From Microcystaceae cyanobacterium (GTDB lineage: Bacteria > Cyanobacteriota > Cyanobacteriia > Cyanobacteriales > Microcystaceae): a stretch of DNA of 64,000 nt. The stretch covers positions 76,688-140,687 of the forward strand of contig JBGTGT010000123.1 in NCBI GenBank assembly GCA_041746575.1. Direction: 5' to 3'. Numbering within the stretch: the stretch's first letter is position 1; the number at the start of each line of letters is the position of its first letter. Positions 19,661 through 30,942 of this stretch are shown here, one piece after another. The notes under the pieces were generated by a model, which was given only the letters and a program-made list of their open reading frames with translations, ran no database searches and was not told the DNA's origin. The position numbers were made by a program, and so were the translations under genes.

Positions 19661-22294
19661 CTAATGAATAGCCCCTCTGAATAAAATAACAGTGCCTTGA
19701 ATATTTTGGGCGATCGCATTAGGAATATTGCCTTGAATAACCTGAGAGAGTAATCCTTCCCGACTGACACCTAAAATCACGAGGTTACACTCCTCTGTTT
19801 CGGCAAAACGAATAAGGGCATCGGCAACGGAATTGGCCCGAATGGGTAGGGGAATAATCGTAGAATTAATTTGTTTTTTAAGATTTTGGGCAGTTTGAGT
19901 CAAGTTTTCTGTATTCATTACTGGCTCAGTTGGGGAAAATACCTTACACAGCCACAGTTTTAAGTTACTAGGGGTCGACGATAAGCGACTAAGGGCGGGC
20001 AGTAAAGCGATCGCTCGTTCTACATTCGGCCCACCGGACATCGGAATCAGCCACGATTCTTCAGTTTCTAAGGATGTGGGGAAAGATCCCTGTTTTTCTC
20101 CAAGTTTAATGAGCATTAATTCACAGGGTGCTTTGTGAATAAGGGTATCGACGACATCCCCAAAAATAGCATCTTGGGTGGTGATTTGTCCTTTCCAACC
20201 CATCATTAGGAGGGTACTGTGGCGATGTTGCAGGGTTTCAAGGATGGTGGTGGCGACGTTGTGGCCAACTCGGATTTCGGTATGAATGGAAATTTTATGA
20301 TGACGACCTATTCTTTCCATTTTGTGCATCAACTTACGGGCTTCTCTGGTATCTACTCTGGTTTGCGCCGTTGGGCTATGGCTGGGGATTTCGATAACTT
20401 GCAGACAGTCAATTTCATAGTTTTCGGATTGGGCGATCACTAGTGCAATCTTGAGTAAGACGGAGGCATTGCTCGGATTGACGATAGGCAATAAGATTCT
20501 ACCTTGACCTTGAGCGGGGGAGCGAGTTTGATAGACAATATAGGAAGGATCGGCTTTTTGGGGGTTACCCTTGCCGCCGAGTTGGTTCGCTTCTACCCGA
20601 ATAATGTCGGTTCGGGTAATAATACCGACTAATCTTTGGGATTCGGTGACGGGAAGTCGGGATAATTCGTAATGATTGAGCAAATATAGAACATCACTTA
20701 AGGAGTCGCTGGATTTTACGGTAATGGGATGGTTTACCATGACATCTTTGAGTAACGTATGATCGCTCGGAGTGTGGAGGGATAATTTGCGGAGATCCCC
20801 TTGGGTAAATATGCCGACCAATTTGCCGTTGTCGAGAACCGGAAACCCACGATGGTGGGAGACAGACATAAATTGAATGGCTTCTTCGAGGGTTGTCTCG
20901 CTGTTGAGGGTTTCAACTTGAGATTGCATGACATCGGCAGCAGTTAGGGTGGCTAAAAAGTCGTTATAAGGGTTATCTTCGGTTAGTTGAATACCGCTAT
21001 TTTTGAGCAAGTGTTCATACAATGAACCTTTAGAGAAACTGTCAGCCACAATATAAGCGATCGCACAACTGATCATGAGGGGTAAAACAATCTCAAAGTC
21101 AGCGTTCAATTCAAAGACAATGACGATGGCAGTAACAGGCACTCTCACTGTAGCCGTAAAAAATGCGCCCATTCCCGCTAAAGCAAAGGTAGAAGCTGAA
21201 TTTACACCGGTTAGAAAGGCTTCTAAATCCCCCACCAGATAACCTAAGGCTGAACCCATCACTAAGGCGGGAGCAAAGATTCCCCCTGGCGCACTTGAAC
21301 CATAGGCTAGGATAGTAAGGAAAAACTGGGCAGTGAAAGCGAGGGCAATAGATTGGGGGCTGAGGTTACCCCGAACTAAAATATCTCGTAAGCCGGCATT
21401 ATCTTGAAAGAATGGTGGTAAAAAGGCCACCACTAAGCCTGATAATAATCCCGTTAGGCCAATGCGCCAATGGAGGGCTAAATTAAGACGACGATGGTAT
21501 TGAAACGACCATAAAATGCCTTTATTAAATAACGCTCCTAATATTCCAGCTAATATTCCCAAAAAAAGGTAAAAAGGAATATCTGATGCCGTAAAGTGAG
21601 TACTGAGGCGTTCTATCATGTCTTGGGACATCTGGTCATTGTCCGATTGGGTGAGGAGTAAAGATACCACCGCCCCAGTAAAAGAGGCAACGATCGCTGT
21701 TTCAAGGGTTAAACCCGAAATATCCCGCATTAACTCTTCAACGACGAATAAAACCCCCGCGATAGGGGTGGTAAAACCGGCCGCTAATCCTGCCGCCGCT
21801 CCTGCCGCAATCATTTGACGACGATGTTCGGGGGAAGTGGGTAACCAGCTACTCAGTTGTGCCGCTAAAGCCGCCCCAATATGAACCGTAGGCGCACGTC
21901 GTCCGAGAGTGATTCCACCCCCTAAAATAAGAATTGTCCCGATCATCTTAGCAATCGCAACTCTGAGGGATAAGGGTACAATAAAACGGGCTAAAGCGGC
22001 TTTAACTTGGGGAATTCCACCCCCTGCCGCTACAGGAGATATCAGTTGCAATAACCATCCCGCTAATCCTCCTAAGCTGAAACCCACTAAGGGAAGAACC
22101 AACCAAGGAGGGTATTGATGGGCTAAGTGAATACGCCATCCCCCTAACCACCCGATGCCTTCTTTGAGAACTAAAGCGGCTATCGCTGATAAAATTCCGA
22201 TCAAACTGGCTTCAATTAAAGCGTAGCGAGTATCAAGGGCATTGCGTCCCAAATGACGGTTTTTTAGCCATGTTTTAAGCGATTGAGGGAGCAT
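19661..22294 (-). CDS. ClC-family anion channel/transporter with a CBS pair and USP-like domains
   Basis: GGGIP, GRRAP, GAAAG, LFVVEE, PGGIFAP, SLY motifs; CBS repeats; USP-like C-terminus. Start taken at ATG 22294. Confidence 0.92.
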   Translation of the reverse strand: MLPQSLKTWLKNRHLGRNALDTRYALIEASLIGILSAIAALVLKEGIGWLGGWRIHLAHQYPPWLVLPLVGFSLGGLAGWLLQLISPVAAGGGIPQVKAALARFIVPLSLRVAIAKMIGTILILGGGITLGRRAPTVHIGAALAAQLSSWLPTSPEHRRQMIAAGAAAGLAAGFTTPIAGVLFVVEELMRDISGLTLETAIVASFTGAVVSLLLTQSDNDQMSQDMIERLSTHFTASDIPFYLFLGILAGILGALFNKGILWSFQYHRRLNLALHWRIGLTGLLSGLVVAFLPPFFQDNAGLRDILVRGNLSPQSIALAFTAQFFLTILAYGSSAPGGIFAPALVMGSALGYLVGDLEAFLTGVNSASTFALAGMGAFFTATVRVPVTAIVIVFELNADFEIVLPLMISCAIAYIVADSFSKGSLYEHLLKNSGIQLTEDNPYNDFLATLTAADVMQSQVETLNSETTLEEAIQFMSVSHHRGFPVLDNGKLVGIFTQGDLRKLSLHTPSDHTLLKDVMVNHPITVKSSDSLSDVLYLLNHYELSRLPVTESQRLVGIITRTDIIRVEANQLGGKGNPQKADPSYIVYQTRSPAQGQGRILLPIVNPSNASVLLKIALVIAQSENYEIDCLQVIEIPSHSPTAQTRVDTREARKLMHKMERIGRHHKISIHTEIRVGHNVATTILETLQHRHSTLLMMGWKGQITTQDAIFGDVVDTLIHKAPCELMLIKLGEKQGSFPTSLETEESWLIPMSGGPNVERAIALLPALSRLSSTPSNLKLWLCKVFSPTEPVMNTENLTQTAQNLKKQINSTIIPLPIRANSVADALIRFAETEECNLVILGVSREGLLSQVIQGNIPNAIAQNIQGTVILFRGAIH

Positions 22295-22437
22295 TATAGG
22301 TTGTAGGAAGTTTAATTGAGCGAGGCACAAAGGCTTTATCTTGACTTACCTATTTCGCTGTTGCACTATGTCCTGAAAGAATAATTACTGAGATTCTAAT
22401 GATAAAATCAGTTGAGTAACATCTTATTTTAACGATC

Positions 22438-23178
22438 ATGTCCGATTTTCCCACCAGTTTAGAAGAAACGATTGAACAAGCCAAAGGTGCGACCCAAACG
22501 GCCTTAGATGCAGGGGTCAAATTATTACAAATTGAATTCGTTATTCCTGAAATTGCCCTACAAGCTCAATCTTTGGCTTCAAGGTTTATCCCTCTTCTAG
22601 AATCTTATGGTTCTGGGCTTAAGGTACTCTTTCCCGATACGGGGGCGGCGGCGTTAGCGCGTCGAGATTGGGGAGAAACGGCTTTTAAGGTGACGGATTT
22701 GGGCAGTCGGAATACGCCCATTGATTATCGCGTTGGAGAGGATGATACCGCGTTTTTGGTGGTTTGTCCGTCTTCGGTGGAGGTGGGTTTAGTTGAACGT
22801 TTGCACCAAATAGCCAATGGTCGCCCAATTATTCTCTTAGTTCCTCAATTAGAAGATGTATCGGTGGTAGGAATTGGATATGCGGCACGACAGTTACGGG
22901 AACGATTTATTTCGCAAATTGAGACGGCTTATTATTTTCGGGCATTAGAGGGGGCGGCCGTTATTCGCTCTTATCCTGATTTGTGGCAAGTTTGGCTGGA
23001 AAGAGCAGAAAATTACGAGTTAATCGCAGAAGAACCCACAAAACCGATGGGAGAAGCCTTGGAAACGATTCTTAATAAAGCGTCAGGCAATTTATCTGAG
23101 ACGGCAGAGCGTCCGAAACCGAAGAAAACAGGATTCTTGGGCAATGTAGGACGATTTTTGAAGGCGTTGAGTCAATGA
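22438..23178 (+). CDS. DUF1995 family protein
   Basis: FPDTGAAALARRDW, LED...VGIG..AR.LR.RF, R.YP..WQVW. Confidence 0.85.
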   Translation: MSDFPTSLEETIEQAKGATQTALDAGVKLLQIEFVIPEIALQAQSLASRFIPLLESYGSGLKVLFPDTGAAALARRDWGETAFKVTDLGSRNTPIDYRVGEDDTAFLVVCPSSVEVGLVERLHQIANGRPIILLVPQLEDVSVVGIGYAARQLRERFISQIETAYYFRALEGAAVIRSYPDLWQVWLERAENYELIAEEPTKPMGEALETILNKASGNLSETAERPKPKKTGFLGNVGRFLKALSQ

Positions 23179-23326
23179 TCGGGGTGTGTCGGTTTGCGCC
23201 CCAAGAGATTATGATTATTTAAGTAAAGAGTATAAGGTCAATTATAGTCAGTATCAAGATGTATCGGATGAATTTGTAAGCTTGATTAAGCTCAAATATT
23301 CATTGCATACATATACATAGGGTCAT

Positions 23327-24209
23327 GGGTCATGTTTCAGAAGTGTGGATCGCCTTAAATTGCTACTCCAAACTCGTACCGATTAATAAATAGTCCGATG
23401 ACAATATCGTGCATTTCCTCTGACTTTGAATAACAGATAGTTTTTCTTTGTAATCTTTTAATTCTTGTCCTTAATCCTAAATGTTTTCTCTCTATTGTTT
23501 GTGTTTTGCTCTTGCTCACTTCATGTTTTTCGGCTGGAAGATTTCTTGAATAAGCTCCCCAGCCATCGGTGCAATATTTTTGAATTCCAAAGGGGTCAAG
23601 TAGTTTCTTCAATTCCAAAAAGACTTCATCTTTTCTACTTCCAAATACATAAGCCAAAACTTTTCCCGTTCCTCGATCGATTTTTCTTGCCGCCCACAAA
23701 GCTCCACACTTCATCAACTTCTGATTCTTTTACTCCGAAGCTGCAAACTGGCTCATCCCAAGCAGTCTCTTCCTCCACTTTATAGATTTCTATCTCTGTC
23801 TCTTCTGGATTTAAGTTGTTCAATGCCTTTTCATTGACTGATTTTAGATGCGGCTTTTTCTTCTTCAATTCATTGATAACTGTTGTCGGGCTTACCTTTA
23901 AAACTCTGGCTATATCTCGGATTCCACTGCCGCTCAAACTCATCTCAATCATTTGTTCTTTCTTATCTCTAATTCTTTCTTGATAAGTATAATTTAAAAT
24001 GAAAGTGCAGCGAACACAATCACTATTGTTGCACCGATAACGTTGTTTTCTTTGAGGAGATATTCCATGTTTCGAGATCTTATTGGACAGGCAATCGGGA
24101 CAACAAATAGCAGACCAAACCGTCATAAACTTACTCTAAAAAACTCAGCTTACTTGATTACTCGCTTATTTTCAACTAATAGAGCTTCCACCTTTCTGAA
24201 ACATGACCC
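23327..24209 (-). mobile_element. IS1-family insertion sequence with a disrupted transposase
   Basis: IRs GGGTCATGTTTCAGAAGTGTGGA (23327-23349) and TCCACCTTTCTGAAACATGACCC (24187-24209); InsA Zn-finger/HTH and InsB DDE motifs. Confidence 0.92.
23355..24126 (-). pseudogene. IS1 transposase, frameshifted after DEVWSFVGGKK
   Basis: ORF 23635-24126 leaves frame at about 23680; the DDE part (IDRGTGKVLAYVFG, TDGWGAY, IER) continues in another frame; the usual RWLW.A segment is missing. Confidence 0.8.
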
Positions 24210-24220
24210 GTCAATCAAAG

Positions 24221-25069
24221 TTAATGATGAGTAAAATATCGCTCCAGAAAATCTAAAGCATGATTCCTTAAATCGTAATATTCTTGGGTTTCACGCATAG
24301 CATGGCGATCGCGGGGATGGGGAAAGGGAACGGTTAAAATTTCACCAATTGTCGCATTCGGGCCATTGGTCATTAAAACAATGCGATCAGCCATATAAAT
24401 AGCTTCATCCACATCATGGGTAATCATCATTACCGCTTGACGATGGGCTTCCCAAATCTTCAAAACTTCCTGTTGTAATTTCTGTTTAGTTAAAGCATCT
24501 AAAGCTCCAAAAGGTTCATCCATTAATAACATTTTTGGACGAGTTGCCAAGGCCCTAGCAATGCCAACCCGTTGTTTCATTCCTCCAGAAATTTCATCGG
24601 GATATTTATCGGCAGCGGCGGTTAAATTGACCATGGCAATATGTTCATTAACAATACTTATTTTTTCAACTCGATTGGCTTTTTTACAAACTTCATCAAC
24701 CGCTAAACGAATATTTTCTCGCACGGTTAACCAGGGCAAAAGGGAATAATTCTGAAAAACCATCATGCGTTCTGCTCCAGGTTTACGAATTAATTTTCCT
24801 TCTAAATAAACTGTCCCTGATGTGGCTTTCTCTAGGCCTGCGATAATTTTTAACAGGGTAGATTTACCGCAGCCAGAGTGACCAATAACGGCAATATATT
24901 CCTTTGGGCCAATGGTCAAATTGACATTCTCTAAAATAGTGGAAGCGGTTCCATCTGCTTTAGGATAGGATTTAACGAGGTTTTCAACAACGAGGAAATC
25001 ATCATTCATGGCTGTTAGGTGGGGATTAGATAAGGCTTGAGATTGAGTCATGGTTATTTTTCCTAGCAT
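24221..25069 (-). CDS. ABC transporter ATP-binding protein (NrtC/D-like)
   Basis: GHSGCGKS, ISGGMKQRV, LLMDEPFGALD, ITHDVDEA. Confidence 0.95.
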   Translation of the reverse strand: MLGKITMTQSQALSNPHLTAMNDDFLVVENLVKSYPKADGTASTILENVNLTIGPKEYIAVIGHSGCGKSTLLKIIAGLEKATSGTVYLEGKLIRKPGAERMMVFQNYSLLPWLTVRENIRLAVDEVCKKANRVEKISIVNEHIAMVNLTAAADKYPDEISGGMKQRVGIARALATRPKMLLMDEPFGALDALTKQKLQQEVLKIWEAHRQAVMMITHDVDEAIYMADRIVLMTNGPNATIGEILTVPFPHPRDRHAMRETQEYYDLRNHALDFLERYFTHH

Positions 25070-26460
25070 TAGGATAGATAAAAAGATTTTGGAGCATTAG
25101 CGCGAATTTCAAAACTCTTGAGATAACCGACTAAATCACTAGGGTCAAAAAATTTGTTATCAATAAAAACTTTTCCTGGGGCAACATAATAATCTTCCGT
25201 TGGACAATCAATTCCCATTTCTCCTGCAATTTCTCGGTATAAATCCGTTCTCCAAGCCTCTTTGGCGATCGCCTCAGCATTGTTGGGAATCTCAGGAATT
25301 TGTTGCCAACGGGCAGCCTGGGTCATTAACCATAAACTTTCCGATTGCCAAAGAAAGGTTGAATGATCATTGGTTGCTTTAGCCACATCGGGCGGCATAT
25401 CAAAAAATAGAGTCGTTTCAATGCTATCTACTAATCGTTTTTGATCATCAAAACCGCCATAATTATAATTACCAACTATGCCAGGTTCAGTTAATTTAGG
25501 CTTAACCCCTATAAAGGAACGTTGGGAAATAATTTGAGCCACTTCAGGACGATTCTCCGGTTTACTGCAATATTGACAGGCTTCAATCATGGCTTTGACT
25601 AAAGAACGATAGGTTTTAGGATTTTCCGTAATAAACGATTCCATCACCGCCAAAAGGCGATCGGGATGGCCATTCCAAATTTGTCGTCCTTGGACAAAGG
25701 TAAAACCAACTCCTTCATTGCCTGTAATTGCCCTAGTATTCCAGGGTTCAGCCACCATATAGGCCTGAGTTGAACCAATTCTCATGTTATTAACCATTTG
25801 GGGGGGCGGAATAATTAATAGGCGAAATTCTTCGATAGGATTGATGCCCATTGCCGAAACTAAATAACGGACAAAATATTCATAAATTGAAGAACTTAGT
25901 ACCACTGCCCAAACACGATTTTGCATCGGTGTTTGGTTAAAGTAAGCCCTTAAATCTTTACCAAAACGTTCCAAATCGCCGTTATATTCTTGCCAAGGTC
26001 GTAGGCCAAAATTCCACATTGGTTTATTCATAGTCATCGCATTACCGTGACGGTGAATGGTCATGGCACCACACAGGGGAGCGACCCTAGCCCCTTCAGC
26101 TCCTGTTCGAGCATTGGTAATTGCCCCTGACACCACAGGGGAAGCATCTAAACGCCCAAAAATCAAACCATCACGGGAATTTGCCCAACTAGATTCTCGA
26201 CTAAGTTTGACGTTTAAACCATATTTACGAAACAATCCTTTTTCCCAGGCAACGGCAAAGGGAGCACAATCATTGACTGGCACATAGCCGATGGTTAAAT
26301 TGGGTTTTTCTAAGGTTTTAGGATCGATAATTGGTTCAACAGCCAGGGCCGCTTCTGTTAATTGGCTAGGGTTGCGATTGCTATTAATAGCACAGGAAGA
26401 CAAAGCGGTAATGGCCGAAGTAGCCCCTAAGCCTGTAAGAAAATTACGCCGAGAAAACAT
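25069..26460 (-). CDS. NrtA/CmpA-family substrate-binding lipoprotein
   Basis: SRRNFL twin-Arg signal + LSSC lipobox, LEKP.L.IGY.P..DCAP, SW...RDG, PPPQMV, AEPWN, HP. Confidence 0.92.
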   Translation of the reverse strand: MFSRRNFLTGLGATSAITALSSCAINSNRNPSQLTEAALAVEPIIDPKTLEKPNLTIGYVPVNDCAPFAVAWEKGLFRKYGLNVKLSRESSWANSRDGLIFGRLDASPVVSGAITNARTGAEGARVAPLCGAMTIHRHGNAMTMNKPMWNFGLRPWQEYNGDLERFGKDLRAYFNQTPMQNRVWAVVLSSSIYEYFVRYLVSAMGINPIEEFRLLIIPPPQMVNNMRIGSTQAYMVAEPWNTRAITGNEGVGFTFVQGRQIWNGHPDRLLAVMESFITENPKTYRSLVKAMIEACQYCSKPENRPEVAQIISQRSFIGVKPKLTEPGIVGNYNYGGFDDQKRLVDSIETTLFFDMPPDVAKATNDHSTFLWQSESLWLMTQAARWQQIPEIPNNAEAIAKEAWRTDLYREIAGEMGIDCPTEDYYVAPGKVFIDNKFFDPSDLVGYLKSFEIRANAPKSFYLS

Positions 26461-26600
26461 GATAGTGAATCGCCAATAATAAATAATTAATAGATTTATA
26501 TGCTAGTGCAATATCTATTGTGATAATAATTTTGCACTTAAAACAAGCCGTAATGGTAACTAGAAGGGCAGTAGAAATATTTATTGGGTATGCTAAAAAA

Positions 26601-27440
26601 TCAGATTCCTGGTTTAATCGGACGGTGAGTTACCCAAATCTGTAAACGACCAATTAAATAATCTAAAACTAAACCTGTTAAACCAATCACAACAACTGCT
26701 AAAAATACAGAACTGAGGTTTAAGCGGTTCCATTCATCCCAAAGAAAGAAACCAATTCCAACACCGCCCGTGAGCATTTCGACTGCTACAATAACTAGCC
26801 AAGCAATGCCCAAACTAAGCCTTAAACCTGTAAAAATATAGGGTAAACTTGCAGGCAAAATTATTTTAAAAATCTGACGATGTTGAGGCATTTCTAATAC
26901 GGCCGCCACGTCTAGGTAATCTTTTGGAACACTGGTAACCCCTAAAGCCGTATTAATAATAGTTGACCAAAGAGAAGTAATAAAAATTACAAAAATTGCT
27001 GAGGGTTCTGCAACGCCAAACATCGCTAAGGCGATCGGTAACCAGGCTAGTGGTGAAACCGGCCTCAAAATCTGAATGATGGGATTAAAAGTGAGCATGG
27101 CATTTCTGGATAGGCCAATCAAAAAGCCCAACGGAATTGCTACTACAGCTCCTAATAAAAACCCCAAACAAACCCGTCGTAAACTGGCTAATAATAACCA
27201 GCCAATACCTAAATCTCCTGGCCCTCTTTGATAAAAGGGATTAATAATATACTGCCAATTACTCGTCAATGCTTCTAGGGGAGTGGGCATTAATTCACTG
27301 CGGAAAGTGGCAATTATCCACCAAAGTGTGATTAATCCCAAAAATCCCAGAGCTGGAAACAAAATTACATCCCGTAAAACTACGGGTTTCAATTTCTTCC
27401 AGCCCACTTGTGCCGCCACGGAAAAAGTAGCTAGGTTCAT
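26601..27440 (-). CDS. ABC permease (NrtB-like)
   Basis: SL.RV..G, QILRPVSPLAWLP, LPYIFTGLRLSLGIAWLVIVAVEML. Confidence 0.93.
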   Translation of the reverse strand: MNLATFSVAAQVGWKKLKPVVLRDVILFPALGFLGLITLWWIIATFRSELMPTPLEALTSNWQYIINPFYQRGPGDLGIGWLLLASLRRVCLGFLLGAVVAIPLGFLIGLSRNAMLTFNPIIQILRPVSPLAWLPIALAMFGVAEPSAIFVIFITSLWSTIINTALGVTSVPKDYLDVAAVLEMPQHRQIFKIILPASLPYIFTGLRLSLGIAWLVIVAVEMLTGGVGIGFFLWDEWNRLNLSSVFLAVVVIGLTGLVLDYLIGRLQIWVTHRPIKPGI

Positions 27441-27539
27441 ATAAAGATACTTATTTTTTCAAGATTGGATACAAAATGTATGGAGCAGTACCAATCGAGA
27501 ACACTGAATCTAGCCAGACAAAATCTGTCGAGATACAAT

Positions 27540-27675
27540 CTTCCCTCAATGCCGACGAAGTTAGCTGACGGGCTAGGACTGAGAGATGTCCCTTTCTCGA
27601 AACCGTAATGATTTCTCTGAAATAAGCCCCAAAATTTGGTTCCTCCGCTCCAACCCTGTTGGATTAAGCTTACTG
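27540..27675 (-). ncRNA. c-di-AMP (ydaO/yuaA) riboswitch in the leader of the ABC operon
   Basis: Minus strand reads GCTTAATCC..GG..GGAGCGGAGGAACCAAATTTTGGGG...GGGACATCTCTCAGTCCTAGCCCGTCAGCTAACTTCGTCGGCATTGAGGGAA, the ydaO consensus elements in order, about 100 nt before the permease ATG. Confidence 0.88.
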
Positions 27676-27930
27676 GCTCTATTTAGACTATAACCTTAAC
27701 ACAGTTTTTGAACATTGCCACTCTGTTTTTATAAAGTTCATTTATAATTTTGTAAAACAATAAATTTAACTTTGATTTTCTAATATATTAAAGAAGAAAA
27801 TTCAATATATTAGTCTCTAGCTTTTTTCAGCCATTAGTTACCGATGAAAGATGAGAACTATAATGTCTGTAATTGAGAATGATCCCATTTTCAATTAGAA
27901 TGAAAATTTATTGCTACTTTCCTTACCCCC

Positions 27931-30741
27931 ATGCCTCCATCTGACTCTTTTCAGGATCAATCTTTGATCGCCTGGCACACTCTCTCTGCGGATCAAGTAG
28001 TTAGTGAATTACACAGCGATCGTCAACAAGGTTTAAGTCAGCAACAAATAACAAAAAACTTAAATACTTATGGATCCAATGAATTGGTTGAAGTGGGGGG
28101 GCGAACATCCTGGGACATCTTAGTTGATCAGTTTACAAACATAATGCTGCTGTTGCTGATCGCCGTTGCTGTGGTTTCAGCAGGGATGGATATTTATCAA
28201 GCTCAACAGTTGGGGAAATTTATTTTTCCGAAGGATGCCATTGCCATTTTTATCGTCGTGTTACTGAATGGCATCTTGGGGTATATCCAGGAACGGGGAG
28301 CGGAGAAAGCCCTAGCAGCCTTAAAAGATTTATCTACCTCTAGGGTACGGGTCATTCGAGAAGGCAAAACTTCCGAAGTGGAATCCCAGGAATTAGTCCC
28401 TGGCGATGTGATCATCCTTGAAGCTGGGGTTAAAGTTCCCGCCGATGGTCGTATTTTGGAAGGGGCTAATCTGCAAATTCGAGAAGCGGCTCTAACGGGG
28501 GAAGCCGAAGCGGTGATGAAACAGGGAAATATTCTATTGCCTGCTGATAGTGCTTTGGGCGATCGCCTAAATTTGGTTTACTCAGGGACGGAAGTTGTCC
28601 AGGGGCGGGCCACGGTGGTGGTCACGGCAACGGGGATGAAAACGGAATTGGGAAAAATTGCTTCAGCCCTCCAATCTGTGGAACCAGAACCCACTCCCCT
28701 ACAAAAGCGCATGACCCAATTGGGCAATGTGTTAGTTGGTGGCTCTTTGATTCTGGTGGCGATCGTAGTCGTGGGGGGAACTATCTTCAAACGGGATCTG
28801 TTTATGCAATTAGTTGAAGTATCCCTCAGTATGGCTGTTGCTGTGGTTCCTGAAGGACTACCCGCCGTAATCACCGTCACCCTAGCTTTGGGAACCCAAC
28901 GTATGGCTAAACGCAACGCTCTGATTCGTCAATTGAGTGCGGTGGAAACCCTCGGCTCTGTAACGACCATCTGTTCTGACAAAACGGGAACCTTAACTCA
29001 AAATAAGATGGTGGTACAGTCCATCGTCAGCGATCACCATCGTTTAGCAATTACAGGGGAAGGCTACAATCCCGTCGGTGAGTTTCAAGCAAACGAGGAA
29101 GGAGCTTTAAGGATTGAAAATACCCCCGAAATTGAAAAATTGTTAATGGCCTGTATTCTGTGCAACGATGCCATTTTACAAAAGGAAAATGGGGAATGGG
29201 CAATTTTAGGTGATCCTACGGAAGGAGCTTTATTAGCCTTAGCAGGCAAGGGTAATATTTTTAAACATGAACAGGAACAGCATTTTCCCAGGGTGATGGA
29301 ATTTCCCTTTTCCTCAGAACGTAAGCGTATGAGCGTGGTAGTTCAAGATGAGCAGGGAAAAATTGACACCCATAACAGTTATGTAATGTTTGTAAAAGGT
29401 TCCCCTGAGTTGATCTTGGAACGCTGTACCCATATTCAAGTCGGAACCCGAATCTTAGCCATTAGTAAAGAACAGCGCATTTATATTTTAGAACAAAATA
29501 ATTATTTAGCTGGCCGTGGCCTGCGGGTATTGGGCTTTGCCAGCAAAGTTTGGACAACGTTACCGAGCGACACCAATGATGACATTGCCGAGCAACAATT
29601 AACCTGGTTGGGTTTAGTGGGAATGTTAGATGCCCCCCGTCCAGAAGTGCGAGATGCCGTTGCCAAATGTCGAGCCGCTGGGATTCGCCCCGTGATGATT
29701 ACGGGTGATCACCCTCTCACGGCCCAGGCGATCGCCTTAGATTTGGGCATTGCAGAAGCAGGAGCAAGGGTGATTACCAGTCGAGATTTAGAAAATTGCA
29801 GTGAAAATGAACTGGATCAAATGGTTCGCACCGTCAATGTCTATGCCAGGGTTTCCCCCGAACATAAATTAAAAATCGTGCAAACGCTCCGTAAACAGCA
29901 TGAAGTTGTTGCCATGACAGGGGATGGGGTAAATGATGCCCCGGCGTTAAAGCAAGCCGATATCGGGGTGGCTATGGGTATCACAGGAACCGATGTCAGT
30001 AAGGAAGCCAGTGACATGATTTTACTGGACGATAACTTTGCCACCATTGTCGCAGCGGTAGAAGAAGGCCGTGTTGTTTATACCAATATCCGCCGTTTTA
30101 TTCGGTATATCCTGGGCAGCAATATTGGCGAAGTATTAACAATCGCAGCGGCCCCTTTGATGGGATTAGGAGGTGTCCCCCTATCTCCGTTACAAATTCT
30201 TTGGATGAACCTAGTTACCGATGGGGTTCCTGCCTTAGCTCTAGCCGTGGAACCAGGTAAAGGAAGTGTTATGCAACAACCCCCTAAAGACCCCCAAGAG
30301 AGTATATTTGCACGGGGATTGGGTTCCTACGTGGTTCGTCAAGGTCTAATATTAGCCATTGTCACCATTGTTTTGATGGTTTGGGCCTATGGTTATACCC
30401 CCGAACATTTGGAGGGTAGACTTTCCCCCGATCGCTGGAAAACAATGGTATTTACCACCCTTTGTCTAGCGCAAATGGGCCATGCCCTCGCCATTCGTTC
30501 TGTGACCAGTTTGACCATTGAAATTAACCCTTTTTCCAATCCTTTTTTACTGGCGGCTGTTATCATTACCTCTTTGTTACAACTGTTATTGATTTATGTT
30601 GAACCGCTACGAGCATTTTTTGGAACCCATTATTTACCGGCCAACGAACTGTGGATTTGTGTAGGCTTCAGTGCCTTAATTTTTACCTGGATCGAATTAG
30701 AAAAAGTCGTCATTCGTTTGTATCAGCATTTTGCCCATTAG
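27931..30741 (+). CDS. Cation-transporting P-type ATPase (type IIA, PacL-like)
   Basis: [48 protein letters not shown]. Confidence 0.96.
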   Translation: MPPSDSFQDQSLIAWHTLSADQVVSELHSDRQQGLSQQQITKNLNTYGSNELVEVGGRTSWDILVDQFTNIMLLLLIAVAVVSAGMDIYQAQQLGKFIFPKDAIAIFIVVLLNGILGYIQERGAEKALAALKDLSTSRVRVIREGKTSEVESQELVPGDVIILEAGVKVPADGRILEGANLQIREAALTGEAEAVMKQGNILLPADSALGDRLNLVYSGTEVVQGRATVVVTATGMKTELGKIASALQSVEPEPTPLQKRMTQLGNVLVGGSLILVAIVVVGGTIFKRDLFMQLVEVSLSMAVAVVPEGLPAVITVTLALGTQRMAKRNALIRQLSAVETLGSVTTICSDKTGTLTQNKMVVQSIVSDHHRLAITGEGYNPVGEFQANEEGALRIENTPEIEKLLMACILCNDAILQKENGEWAILGDPTEGALLALAGKGNIFKHEQEQHFPRVMEFPFSSERKRMSVVVQDEQGKIDTHNSYVMFVKGSPELILERCTHIQVGTRILAISKEQRIYILEQNNYLAGRGLRVLGFASKVWTTLPSDTNDDIAEQQLTWLGLVGMLDAPRPEVRDAVAKCRAAGIRPVMITGDHPLTAQAIALDLGIAEAGARVITSRDLENCSENELDQMVRTVNVYARVSPEHKLKIVQTLRKQHEVVAMTGDGVNDAPALKQADIGVAMGITGTDVSKEASDMILLDDNFATIVAAVEEGRVVYTNIRRFIRYILGSNIGEVLTIAAAPLMGLGGVPLSPLQILWMNLVTDGVPALALAVEPGKGSVMQQPPKDPQESIFARGLGSYVVRQGLILAIVTIVLMVWAYGYTPEHLEGRLSPDRWKTMVFTTLCLAQMGHALAIRSVTSLTIEINPFSNPFLLAAVIITSLLQLLLIYVEPLRAFFGTHYLPANELWICVGFSALIFTWIELEKVVIRLYQHFAH

Positions 30742-30942
30742 ACATCTCTATAATATAATCTAGGTGCTATAAGCCTTGTAGAGCAAAGAATTCAGCTAAA
30801 AAGAATTGCTTTTAGTAGTCCCATCTTTTTTTGTGAAATTGAATTAGGGACGATAAATCAGCATTTTAATCGTTGAACTATTTTGCCAATACATATAGGG
30901 ACAAGCTTGCTGGAAAAGGCTTTTAGGTCTTGGAGATGTCTA
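30739..30942. mobile_element. 204-bp MITE-like element with TA ends (IS630-type)
   Basis: TAGACATCTC (30739-30748) and GAGATGTCTA (30933-30942) inverted repeats, no ORF. Confidence 0.75.

Noticed and set aside
24221..27440. Assigning nrtABCD or cmpABCD gene symbols
   Set aside because: Gene order, the lack of an NrtC-type fused subunit, and the riboswitch argue against orthology
27540..27675. Guanidine-I (ykkC) riboswitch, suggested by the ABC transporter context
   Set aside because: The sequence has the GGAGGAACC / TTTGGGG / CCCGTCAGCTAAC elements of the c-di-AMP class, not the ykkC motifs
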